A stretch of 51,691 bases of DNA from contig JAJTYI010000006.1 in assembly GCA_021463645.1 (NCBI GenBank), forward strand, positions 1-51,691, given 5' to 3'. The DNA is from a bacterium (GTDB lineage Bacteria; Patescibacteriota; Dojkabacteria; B142; OLB20). Of this stretch, positions 20,155-29,024 are shown piece after piece. Position numbers and translations under genes: made by a program. Under the pieces are notes generated by a model. That model was not told the origin of the DNA. It worked only from the letters and a program-made list of their open reading frames with translations, and did not search any database. Numbering within the stretch: position 1 is the stretch's first letter; the number at the start of each line of letters is the position of its first letter.

Positions 20155-21255
20155 TTGAGAATTATAATTTCCACCTACGATGATATTAAGAATCCGAATT
20201 ACGGCGGAGGTGGAGCTATTGCTTTGCATGAACTGGCAAAACGACTGTCAAAAAACTACGAAGTTAAAGTTATCAGCTGGAATCACTCCGGCGTCAAAAC
20301 TGAAAGTATTGACGGAGTTGAATACACGCGTATAGGATTCAGTTTCATTTCTCCTAAAATTGCGATGTTTCTGTTTCAAATGGTTTTACCTTTGTTTGCG
20401 ATATTTAAAAAGTTTGACCTCTGGATAGAAAGTTTCGCTCCGCCGTTCACTACTGCGTTCTTGCCGATGTTTACAAGGAAACCTGTTGTTGGAGTAGTTC
20501 ATATGCTGGCTGCAGAAGACATGAAACGAAAATACAAAGTAAATTTCAGTATAATCGAAAATGCCGGAATCAGAAGATATAAGTACATAGTTTCAACCCA
20601 GGAGATAGTTCGCGAAAAAATACTTGCTATAAACCCCAAATGCAACTGTGCTGTTATAAGCAACGGGATTGACAAGATTTATCCTGAAAAGTTCACAAAG
20701 AAAAATCAATTATTATTTCTAGGTCGCATTGAAGTTGATCAAAAAGGTCTTGATTTGCTGGTATCTGCTTTTAAAAAATTCAGCGAATTATCAAACAAAA
20801 AATATCAATTAGTAATTGCAGGTTCAGGACTTGATGCTGATATGCAGAATCTGCAACAACTTGTCAAAGAAGCCGGGCTGGGAAAGCAGATTGTTCTTGC
20901 TGGCAGAGTTGAGGGTGAAGCAAAAGCAGACTTGATGAAAGAGTCTGTCGCAATGGTTTTGACCTCACGGTTTGAAACATTTTCTATGGTTGCTTTGGAA
21001 TCGCTGGCTTTTGGTTTACCATTAATTACATTTGATATCGAAGGACTGAGATGGATTCCTGATAATGCTGTCAGGAAGGCGAAATCATTTGACACAGACG
21101 ACCTGGCAGAAAGAATGTTGGAAGTCTCGACCCATGGAGAGCTTAGAGAAACTATGCGAACCGAAGGTTTAAAATACGCAGAGAAATACACCTGGGACAA
21201 TATTGCTATATCTTATGAAAAACTTATTGAAACAATAACTAATGCCAAACACTAA
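20155..21255 (+). CDS. GT4 family glycosyltransferase
   Basis: 366 aa with a TTG start. N-terminal GGGGAIALHELAKRL and the E-x7-E motif FETFSMVALE. Confidence 0.85.
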   Translation: MRIIISTYDDIKNPNYGGGGAIALHELAKRLSKNYEVKVISWNHSGVKTESIDGVEYTRIGFSFISPKIAMFLFQMVLPLFAIFKKFDLWIESFAPPFTTAFLPMFTRKPVVGVVHMLAAEDMKRKYKVNFSIIENAGIRRYKYIVSTQEIVREKILAINPKCNCAVISNGIDKIYPEKFTKKNQLLFLGRIEVDQKGLDLLVSAFKKFSELSNKKYQLVIAGSGLDADMQNLQQLVKEAGLGKQIVLAGRVEGEAKADLMKESVAMVLTSRFETFSMVALESLAFGLPLITFDIEGLRWIPDNAVRKAKSFDTDDLAERMLEVSTHGELRETMRTEGLKYAEKYTWDNIAISYEKLIETITNAKH

Positions 21256-22018
21256 CCAATTAATCACAGAAATTCTTGCGAAAAAGCTGAGATGCGTCTT
21301 TATCTCTCCTCATCTTGACGATGCTATTTTATCGTGTGGAGGGCTGATGCAAGAACTTGCCCGTAAAACTGAGCTTACAGTGATAAATGTATTTACATCA
21401 GCGCATAGTGGCCCATACACTTTATCCGCGCGGAAATTCTTGCAGGCTTCGGGAGACTTCAGTAATGCAGCGGAACTTTATCAAGCTAGAATAGAAGAAG
21501 ATCAGCGAGCGTTATTGAAGCTCGGAGTGAATGTTACCAATCTCGGTTTAAAAGACGCATTGTTTAGAACAAAACCTAAAGAGAGTTTATTTGGCAAAAT
21601 TTTGCCGGAATTTAACCATGTTTATCCGACTTATAAATGGCACATTACTGGATCAGTTAACAAAAACGATCCGGCGTTGGCTGATCTACGCAAGCAGCTC
21701 GAAAAACTCAATCTGAAAGAAGCTGTAGTATTTGCTCCTTATGGAATCGGAAATCATGTCGATCATCAATTAGTAAGCGCTGTGAGCAGAAGTTTATTCA
21801 AAAAACTTGTTCTGTATTCTGATTTTCCATATAACATTCGATTAGATGATTATGGTTCTGAAAACGGTATGTACCGCAAGATAGAACTCACACCAAATCT
21901 TAAAGAAAAAATAAAATTGATTAAATTTTATCAAACTCAATTTACCGGATTGTTCTCTGACGGAGAAGTTCCGGGACATAAAGAAGTTTATTTTGTTAAA
22001 AAAGTCGATGGAAAATAA
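21242..22018 (+). CDS. PIG-L/LmbE family N-acetylglucosaminyl deacetylase
   Basis: 258 aa with the zinc-site motifs ISPHLDDAILSCGG and GNHVDHQ. It overlaps the GT4 gene by 14 nt. Confidence 0.85.
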   Translation: MPNTNQLITEILAKKLRCVFISPHLDDAILSCGGLMQELARKTELTVINVFTSAHSGPYTLSARKFLQASGDFSNAAELYQARIEEDQRALLKLGVNVTNLGLKDALFRTKPKESLFGKILPEFNHVYPTYKWHITGSVNKNDPALADLRKQLEKLNLKEAVVFAPYGIGNHVDHQLVSAVSRSLFKKLVLYSDFPYNIRLDDYGSENGMYRKIELTPNLKEKIKLIKFYQTQFTGLFSDGEVPGHKEVYFVKKVDGK

Positions 22019-22559
22019 TCTTATCAAAAAATTAGTTAATGAAATAAAACTCTTTCGAAAAGCGCCGAAAGAGTATATTTGGGTTTATACATATCCCAAA
22101 GACCAGAAGGTCGAAATCGGAGAATATAACCCGAGAGTGAAAAAACAAGGGCAAGACTTGATTGATGAGATAAAAAAGAAATTACCTGAATTGAAAATCC
22201 ACTTCTTAGGGTCAGTAGCGCTTGAAATCCCTGGACAAAAAGATATAGACATATTTATAGAATGTCTACCGAAAAACTTCCATAACGTGATTCCAGAGCT
22301 AAACAAAATAATTGGTCAGCCAGTTAAAAAGAGGGAACGATTTGTTGAATGGGTTTTCGAAAAGAATGATATTCCTGTGGAATTATTTCTGATAGATCCA
22401 ACTTGGCAGAAATTCTTGAATAAGCTTTCCAATTTCGAAACATTAAAGAAGAATAGACAGGCCTATACCGAATTTAAGATAAAAAATATTGGCAAGTCAA
22501 TGCGTGAGTACGAACGAAAAAAGTATGAATTTTTTTACACTGGATTAAATTTCAAATAA
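22008..22559 (+). CDS. Pol-beta superfamily nucleotidyltransferase (GrpB/KNTase-like)
   Basis: The motif G-S-x10-D-I-D (GSVALEIPGQKDIDIFIE) is the minimal NTase signature. An alternative TTG start lies at 21993. Confidence 0.55.
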   Translation: MENNLIKKLVNEIKLFRKAPKEYIWVYTYPKDQKVEIGEYNPRVKKQGQDLIDEIKKKLPELKIHFLGSVALEIPGQKDIDIFIECLPKNFHNVIPELNKIIGQPVKKRERFVEWVFEKNDIPVELFLIDPTWQKFLNKLSNFETLKKNRQAYTEFKIKNIGKSMREYERKKYEFFYTGLNFK

Positions 22560-22583
22560 ATATAACTGGAACTGCAAAACATT

Positions 22584-23618
22584 ATGTTTACAAAACTGCA
22601 TATCAAAACGAATAAACCTCATCCGAAGAAATCGGATTTTATCACTATACCGAGGGTTCTTTATGGTTATCTTTCTAATTTTGTTTTTAGAGAAAAAATA
22701 AACTTAAAGGAATTTCCGGCAATCCAAGGTTATGAACTGGTTAACCTCATTAGGATTCAAGGTGGTGCCGACCAAAACAGTGTTGGTATCTATCGAAATG
22801 AGGACGGCAAGAAGGTTATTATTAAAAGTTTGACCTATAAAAAGAATCTTCTTGCTGCGAGCCAACTTAGGCATGAAGGAGCGATGTTAGATTTACTACA
22901 AGAATATCAATATTCAGGTAAGCTGCAAGAGATACGATTTCCCAAGTTGTACGAAGTAATCAACAACCCCGATTCTATTTCTATCGTGATGGAATTTGTA
23001 GAAGGAAAGCCTATTGCCGAGCTTGACACGGTAACTAAACTAAAACTACTTGATGATTGTATTAACTGCTTCAAGCAAACAACACATGACTTACCGCAAG
23101 AAATGTTTTCTAAAATTCCAAAAAGGACAAAAACCTTTATGACTATTACTTTTTTTGTCTATTTATTATTTGCGCTCAAACAAAATTTAAAATTAACAGG
23201 ATTGTTGCTTAGTGTAGCTGTTCAATTTTATAAATATTCTGTAATTTCCCGTTTCCAGAAGACATCTTTTGTATTGACTCACAAAGCACTGCATGAGGAA
23301 AATGTTATTGTAAGCGGGCACTCGGCCACTATTATTGACCCTCAAACAGGAATATTAGCGGAAGAATTCTCAGAAATTGCAATTATCCCGAAGTTCTATT
23401 TGAAAGATACTGGTATAATTGAGATTAAGAAATTCTTACTGAAATTTTTGCATTCCGAAGACGAAGTAAAGAATTTTTTTAGATTATCGATTTATTATAC
23501 GATACAAACTTTGGCATTGACCGGTAAAGACTATCCGAAATACGAAGAAGCTAAAAAGTATCTGGAGATTTTAAACAGTACATTATTTAAAGATTTATTA
23601 AAGTCACTAAAGGCCTAA
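22584..23618 (+). CDS. APH-fold kinase paralog lacking the catalytic Asp (putative pseudokinase)
   Basis: 344 aa and collinear with the 19145 gene, including the same hydrophobic insert. The catalytic loop reads HKALHEEN (23280-23303), with Ala where HxD is expected. The downstream metal-binding Asp (IIDPQ) is retained. Confidence 0.55.
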   Translation: MFTKLHIKTNKPHPKKSDFITIPRVLYGYLSNFVFREKINLKEFPAIQGYELVNLIRIQGGADQNSVGIYRNEDGKKVIIKSLTYKKNLLAASQLRHEGAMLDLLQEYQYSGKLQEIRFPKLYEVINNPDSISIVMEFVEGKPIAELDTVTKLKLLDDCINCFKQTTHDLPQEMFSKIPKRTKTFMTITFFVYLLFALKQNLKLTGLLLSVAVQFYKYSVISRFQKTSFVLTHKALHEENVIVSGHSATIIDPQTGILAEEFSEIAIIPKFYLKDTGIIEIKKFLLKFLHSEDEVKNFFRLSIYYTIQTLALTGKDYPKYEEAKKYLEILNSTLFKDLLKSLKA

Positions 23619-23628
23619 AAACTTAATA

Positions 23629-25227
23629 ATGAAATTATCAAATACTACAATAAAAATTATAAACATCATGACCCAGGGCATACTGCTGATATTTGTAGTG
23701 GTGATAATGATGGGTTCAATCAGAGGGATTGCAGGGAATCCGACAGCAGAAGAACTAAACTCCCCGATCTGGAAAGAACAAGGTCCTTTCGAGTTGTCTC
23801 CCGAACGGGGTCGCTTTGCTTTGACATACTCTGTTTTGGAAGATCAATCTGTAATCTTTTCAATCCCTGTAGCTCGGTTTGTTACCCCTGATCTCGGTTA
23901 CACTGATGGAAACTTTGTCTCCCTATTCGCCCCCGGAGTATCATATCTTGTCATCCCAGGCTATCTGGTAGGTCAGTTTTTTGGTTTAGCTCAAGTCGGA
24001 ACTTACGCAGCGATCGGATTGTTTGCAATTATTAATTACCTCTTGATCAGATCAATAAGCCGTTCTTTAGGTGCGAATCCCTTGGCATCTGCAATTGGTG
24101 GGATGGTCTTTCTTTTTGCAACGCCTGCTTTTGCATATGGGGTTAGTCTTTATCAACATCACATTTCAACTTTTCTGATTCTGGCCGGAGTTTATCTGCT
24201 TATCAGATTTAAGAAAAGGTGGCTAGCCATGTTCTGTGTCTGGTTTTTATGTGCTTTGGGTATAGCAGTAGATAACCCCAATCTATTTATGATGTTCCCT
24301 TTGGGAGTCTTTGCATTGATGCAGGCCTTAAATATTGGAGAAACTGAAAAGAATCTAATTGTCAAAATTAACCCTAAATACTTTGTTGCGGTACTGGGAG
24401 TCGTTATACCTATTATGGGATTTATGTATTTCAACCATCTTTCCTACGGAAGTCCTTTCCAGCTTGGTGGTACAGTAAATAGTGTCGATGCTATTAATGA
24501 AGAAGGTCGACCAGTAACTTCTGAAGATATCCTAACACCGGAAGAACTTGCGCAAGCTGGAGAATTTGAAGAGGAAGACAGGTCGTCAGTCGGCTTCTTT
24601 GAAGCACGGGATATGGTAAACGGTCTTTACATCCATTTGCTGAGTCCGGATAGAGGAGTCTTGTATTTTACTCCGGTGATTCTTATAGGAGTGGTTGGGA
24701 TGTTTGTTTTGTATAAATCCAAAAATAAACATCTACCGCTATTGCTGAGTATTGTCGGTGTGAACCTTGTACTTTATTCTATGTGGGGTGACCCATGGGG
24801 AGGCTGGGCATTCGGGTCAAGGTATTTGATACCAAGTTATGCCATTATGTCGATATTCATTGCAATGGCATTAACCAGATATTCCAGAAATATTCTATTC
24901 TTGCTCGTTTTTGCTGTACTTTTTGTCTATTCAACTGCAATAAACACACTAGGAGCTATCACTACCAGTGCAATACCTCCCAAAGTACAAGCTATTCCGC
25001 TTGAAGCATTGACGGGAAAAGAAGAAAAATACAACTACAAAAGAAGCTGGGACTTCTTAAACAATAATGGCTCTAAATCATATTTCTACCAGGAATTTCT
25101 GAAAGATAGTGTTCCAGCAAAAGATTTTTATATCACTCTTGTGTCAGCGATATCCACAGTATCAATGATGACATTAATCGGAGTCTATTTAACAAAAAGA
25201 AAAACTAAAGATGAAAATAAAGATTGA
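23629..25227 (+). CDS. polytopic membrane protein, GT-C-like putative glycosyltransferase
   Basis: 532 aa with about 12 TM helices. The first extracytoplasmic loop carries acidic residues (ELSPERG, LEDQ), followed by a long loop and a C-terminal TM. It sits in an operon with the glycan genes. Confidence 0.45.
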   Translation: MKLSNTTIKIINIMTQGILLIFVVVIMMGSIRGIAGNPTAEELNSPIWKEQGPFELSPERGRFALTYSVLEDQSVIFSIPVARFVTPDLGYTDGNFVSLFAPGVSYLVIPGYLVGQFFGLAQVGTYAAIGLFAIINYLLIRSISRSLGANPLASAIGGMVFLFATPAFAYGVSLYQHHISTFLILAGVYLLIRFKKRWLAMFCVWFLCALGIAVDNPNLFMMFPLGVFALMQALNIGETEKNLIVKINPKYFVAVLGVVIPIMGFMYFNHLSYGSPFQLGGTVNSVDAINEEGRPVTSEDILTPEELAQAGEFEEEDRSSVGFFEARDMVNGLYIHLLSPDRGVLYFTPVILIGVVGMFVLYKSKNKHLPLLLSIVGVNLVLYSMWGDPWGGWAFGSRYLIPSYAIMSIFIAMALTRYSRNILFLLVFAVLFVYSTAINTLGAITTSAIPPKVQAIPLEALTGKEEKYNYKRSWDFLNNNGSKSYFYQEFLKDSVPAKDFYITLVSAISTVSMMTLIGVYLTKRKTKDENKD

Positions 25228-26815
25228 AAAAGCAAAAATTAACAATTTAACTCGTTTCCTAGAGAAGTACGCGCTAACGTTAATTGTATTAACTCTGATT
25301 CTAGTAGCAACTGCTACTTGGTATGGGTTCTATCAAAATGGATTAGGGCTCGCATACAACGACGCTCGCTCACATCTAAACATCGGTAGACGTGTGGTTG
25401 AAGGTTTGAAACCAGGCTTAGCACAGATTGGATCTGTTTGGTTACCTTTGCCTCATTTACTGATGGTACCTACCATCTGGAATGACTTCTTCTGGCATTC
25501 AGGACTCTCTGGAGCAATTCAATCTATGGGATCATTTGTCATTACGGGTGTTCTTGTTTACTTATATCTGAAAAAACTAGGAGCCTCAATATTTGCACGA
25601 TTCTTTGGTGTAGCATTATTTGCTCTAAATTTAAATGTATTGTATCTGCAATCTACCGCAATGACCGAGCTTCTTTTGATTGCTACCATGACTGCTGGTT
25701 CGTATTACTTGTTGTTGTGGGCGCAAAAGGAAAATATAGTTGATCTCTTAAAGTGTTCTCTATTTATAATGCTTTCCACTCTAATCCGCTATGATGGCTG
25801 GTTCTTGATTTTCATAGCTACTTTGATTGTGGCATTCCAAATATTTCGCAAGAAAGGCTACAAAGCGACAGAAGGAATGTCAATCATGTTTATGTCTCTT
25901 GGTGGTCTGGGTATTGCGCTTTGGGTGTTATGGAACTTATTAATTTTCGGAGATCCGTTATTTTTTGCTTTTGGTCCATTTTCAGCACATTCTCAGCAGG
26001 AACAGTTATTAGCAGCAGGGAATCTCCCTACAAAGGGCGATATACTACTCTCAATCAAAATGTATCTATATGCCCTATTTTTCAATTCTTATACATTACC
26101 GGCGATTCTAGGGCTATTTGGAGGTATAAGTCTATGGTTTAACAAGAAAATTAATATAAATGCTCGAATTGCCACCCTGGCTTTGATTGCTCCATTTATT
26201 TTCAACATTTTAGCACTTTACCTTGGTCACTCAGTTTTGTTTATTCAAGGGATTTCCGGAGATACTTGGTTCAATGTCCGCTATGGAGTCATGCTTGCCC
26301 CTTCTATTGCCATTTTCGTGGCATATTTAACTGATAAAGTGAAACCAATGAGATTCGTTATAGTGGGTCTTTCTTTGCTGGTTCTGACATTTGCTTTTCT
26401 AAACCAAGATGCTGTAACAATTGATGATGCACGAGTTGGCTCTAGTCAGAAAAATGTTTCCGAAGTATCCGACTGGCTAGCTGATAATGCAGGAGACAAA
26501 GAAGGCTTTATTCTAATTTCTGCTGCCTCTCATGATGCTATAATCTTTTCGTCAGGAATGGATATGAGTAGATTTATCCATGAAGGAACAGGACTTTACT
26601 GGGATACTGCTCTCGGGAACCCTGACCATTGGGCTAGATGGATAGTAATGAGAACCCATGACGAAAATGATTTAGTATTCAGAGAAATCAACAAAGAAGC
26701 ATGGGAAGATCATTACACACTTGTAGATCATTATCCTTTTGCAGATATCTACGAACTAAAACCAGATTCAATGACTAATTTAAACACAGAACCTGTTCTT
26801 AAGAATGTGAAATAA
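25211..26815 (+). CDS. GT-C fold (ArnT/PMT-like) membrane glycosyltransferase, putative
   Basis: 534 aa. It has 11-13 TM helices, a first-loop YNDARSH motif and a soluble C-terminal domain of about 130 aa. It overlaps the upstream gene by 17 nt. Confidence 0.5.
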   Translation: MKIKIEKAKINNLTRFLEKYALTLIVLTLILVATATWYGFYQNGLGLAYNDARSHLNIGRRVVEGLKPGLAQIGSVWLPLPHLLMVPTIWNDFFWHSGLSGAIQSMGSFVITGVLVYLYLKKLGASIFARFFGVALFALNLNVLYLQSTAMTELLLIATMTAGSYYLLLWAQKENIVDLLKCSLFIMLSTLIRYDGWFLIFIATLIVAFQIFRKKGYKATEGMSIMFMSLGGLGIALWVLWNLLIFGDPLFFAFGPFSAHSQQEQLLAAGNLPTKGDILLSIKMYLYALFFNSYTLPAILGLFGGISLWFNKKININARIATLALIAPFIFNILALYLGHSVLFIQGISGDTWFNVRYGVMLAPSIAIFVAYLTDKVKPMRFVIVGLSLLVLTFAFLNQDAVTIDDARVGSSQKNVSEVSDWLADNAGDKEGFILISAASHDAIIFSSGMDMSRFIHEGTGLYWDTALGNPDHWARWIVMRTHDENDLVFREINKEAWEDHYTLVDHYPFADIYELKPDSMTNLNTEPVLKNVK

Positions 26816-27826
26816 ATGATGGATTTTATTGAAAAGCTAAGAAGACTTAGCCTCAAACAAATTATATCTGGGCTTTTAATAGCAAGTTTAATTTCTTTAC
26901 TAGTTTATCTCTACATTTCATCGGTGCAAGGTCCAAATAAACCAGCTAATCTCTGGGAAGTTCAATCTATTGACACTATGAAATTTTCCAGAGACTTAGC
27001 TAGAGAAAAACTACTCGATAATACATTTGATGATGAGATTGATCATCAAGTTCGAAATATCAAAGAAATGGGTGCAACTCACGTCGCAGTTGGAACACCT
27101 TATGATGAAGAATTTGTACCCTATATTTCAAGATGGGTGAATATTGCACGAAAACATCGACTAAAAGTATGGTTTCGTGGGAACTTCTCTGGGTGGGAAC
27201 AATGGTTTGACTACGAGGAGATAACTCCAGAAAAACATCAGGAGCTAATTGAAACATTCATTATTAATAATCCACAACTTTTCCAGGATGGAGACATTTT
27301 CTCACCATGTACTGAATGTGAAAATGGAGTATTGGGAGACCCGAGACTCACTGGTAATGTCAATGACTATAAAATATTCTTAGTCGAAGAATATGATATA
27401 GCCAATACCGCATTCGATAGAATTGAAAAAGACGTTACAGTAAATTTCCCAATGAACGGAGATGTCGCAGAATTAATTATGGACAAACGGATGACTCAAA
27501 ATCTGGGAGGAGTAGTCGTCGTGGATCATTACGTCGAAAGACCGGAACAATTAGCAGAAGACGTAAGACATTATGCAAAATTAAGCGGGGGCAAAGTAAT
27601 CCTAGGCGAAATAGGTGTTTATATTCCTGGAATCCATCCCCAAATGAATGATTTCGAACAGGCAGACTGGCTTGAACAAGCTTTAACCCTGCTTGCAGAA
27701 GAGGAAGACCTTGCAGGTATTAATTATTGGGTATTTAGCGATGGTACAACACAACTATGGGAAAAAGATACTCGTGTGAAAAGGAAAGCAGCTGATGTTC
27801 TACAAAATTTCTATAAACCCAAGTAG
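26816..27826 (+). CDS. membrane-anchored protein, possible clan GH-A-like (TIM barrel) glycoside hydrolase
   Basis: 336 aa. N-terminal TM, a candidate acid/base ECENG and a candidate nucleophile LGEIG. The start codon abuts the upstream stop. Confidence 0.3.
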   Translation: MMDFIEKLRRLSLKQIISGLLIASLISLLVYLYISSVQGPNKPANLWEVQSIDTMKFSRDLAREKLLDNTFDDEIDHQVRNIKEMGATHVAVGTPYDEEFVPYISRWVNIARKHRLKVWFRGNFSGWEQWFDYEEITPEKHQELIETFIINNPQLFQDGDIFSPCTECENGVLGDPRLTGNVNDYKIFLVEEYDIANTAFDRIEKDVTVNFPMNGDVAELIMDKRMTQNLGGVVVVDHYVERPEQLAEDVRHYAKLSGGKVILGEIGVYIPGIHPQMNDFEQADWLEQALTLLAEEEDLAGINYWVFSDGTTQLWEKDTRVKRKAADVLQNFYKPK

Positions 27827-27907
27827 GGAGACATTTTTGGCAAAATTTGATAAAATCATGCACTAGGTAAAGGAATTACTATATTAGTACATATTTTTTA
27901 AAGCATT

Positions 27908-28975
27908 ATGAAAATAATAATTTTCGCTGGAGGGCATGGTACTCGATTATGGCCACTCAGTCGTAAAAACTCCCCTAAACAATTCGAGAAAATGTTTAAC
28001 GGTAAATCTACTCTACAATTGATGGTAGATAGGGTTAAACCCGTTGTTGGCATTGAGAACGTATATATCTCAACCGGTAGCGCTTTCAAAGAAATTATTG
28101 AAAGTCAGCTCACGGAACTTCCCAGGGAAAATATCATCTACGAACCAGCAAAAAGAGATCTCGCCGCTGCAGTTGGTCTTGCTTTTCTAACATTAAAACA
28201 AAAAGGTGTGAACGAGCCTGTAGCAATATTATGGTCTGATCATCTGGTTGAAAATCTATCTGAATTTCAAAATGCATTAAGAACAGGTGAGCAACTTATC
28301 AATGAAAATCCAAACAGATTTATCTTTAACGGAGAAATACCTAGATTTGCAAATAATAATTTAGGTTGGATTAGTATCGGAGACACAATTGAAAATAAAA
28401 ATGGATTTGATGTCCATAGTTTTGAAGGTTGGATTTACAGACCTGATGTCGAATTATGCAATCAATTATTCGAATCAAAAAGAGCAGTCTGGAACACTGG
28501 ATATTTTGTTACTTCCGTCGATTTTGTAACAGGCTTGTATGAACAGCATATGCCTGAAATGTATTCTCAACTTCAACAAGTAGTTTCCAGCCCTGAACTT
28601 TTGGATTCTATCTACCCGACAATTGAATCTATACATTTTGACGAAGCAATAGTACAAAAATCACGTCCCGATCAAGCTGTCGTATTGACTTTTGACATAG
28701 GATGGAGTGATCCTGGAACACTTTACGCCCTTAAAGAGGCCATAGTAGCTAATAAGAACGATAATTATATCCATGGTAAAGCAGTATCACTGGCTACTTC
28801 AGATTCTATGATCTTTAATCAACAACAGAATAAATTAGTCGCAACTATCGGACTAGACGGATTTGTAGTAGTAAATACAGAAGATGCTGTTTTCGTATGT
28901 CACAAGGACAATATTAGAGAGATAACACAGTTATTAAAACAAATTGAAGCAGAAGGATACTCGGAGTACCTATAA
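27908..28975 (+). CDS. manC: mannose-1-phosphate guanylyltransferase-like sugar nucleotidyltransferase
   Basis: 355 aa with N-terminal IIIFAGGHGTRLWPLSRKNSPKQF, typical of ManC/CpsB. Confidence 0.8.
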   Translation: MKIIIFAGGHGTRLWPLSRKNSPKQFEKMFNGKSTLQLMVDRVKPVVGIENVYISTGSAFKEIIESQLTELPRENIIYEPAKRDLAAAVGLAFLTLKQKGVNEPVAILWSDHLVENLSEFQNALRTGEQLINENPNRFIFNGEIPRFANNNLGWISIGDTIENKNGFDVHSFEGWIYRPDVELCNQLFESKRAVWNTGYFVTSVDFVTGLYEQHMPEMYSQLQQVVSSPELLDSIYPTIESIHFDEAIVQKSRPDQAVVLTFDIGWSDPGTLYALKEAIVANKNDNYIHGKAVSLATSDSMIFNQQQNKLVATIGLDGFVVVNTEDAVFVCHKDNIREITQLLKQIEAEGYSEYL

Positions 28976-29024
28976 TTGTATACAATAAATAGAGGACATC
29001 TTTCTTATCTATTAGGAACTTTAA

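Noticed and set aside
21993-22559. The Pol-beta nucleotidyltransferase read as the MNT half of a HEPN-MNT toxin-antitoxin pair.
   Set aside because: No HEPN-like small partner gene is adjacent. The protein is larger than minimal MNTs, and it is translationally coupled inside a biosynthetic operon.
19145-23618. An aminoglycoside biosynthesis or resistance island, suggested by APH-like kinases, an ANT-like NTase and a GT4 plus PIG-L deacetylase pair resembling BtrM/BtrD.
   Set aside because: The window has no 2-deoxy-scyllo-inosose synthase, no cluster of sugar aminotransferases or dehydrogenases, and no rRNA methyltransferase. The surrounding flippase, GT-C and polyprenol-phosphate GT2 genes point to a cell-surface glycoconjugate. 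I kept it only as an alternative reading in the GT4/PIG-L finding.
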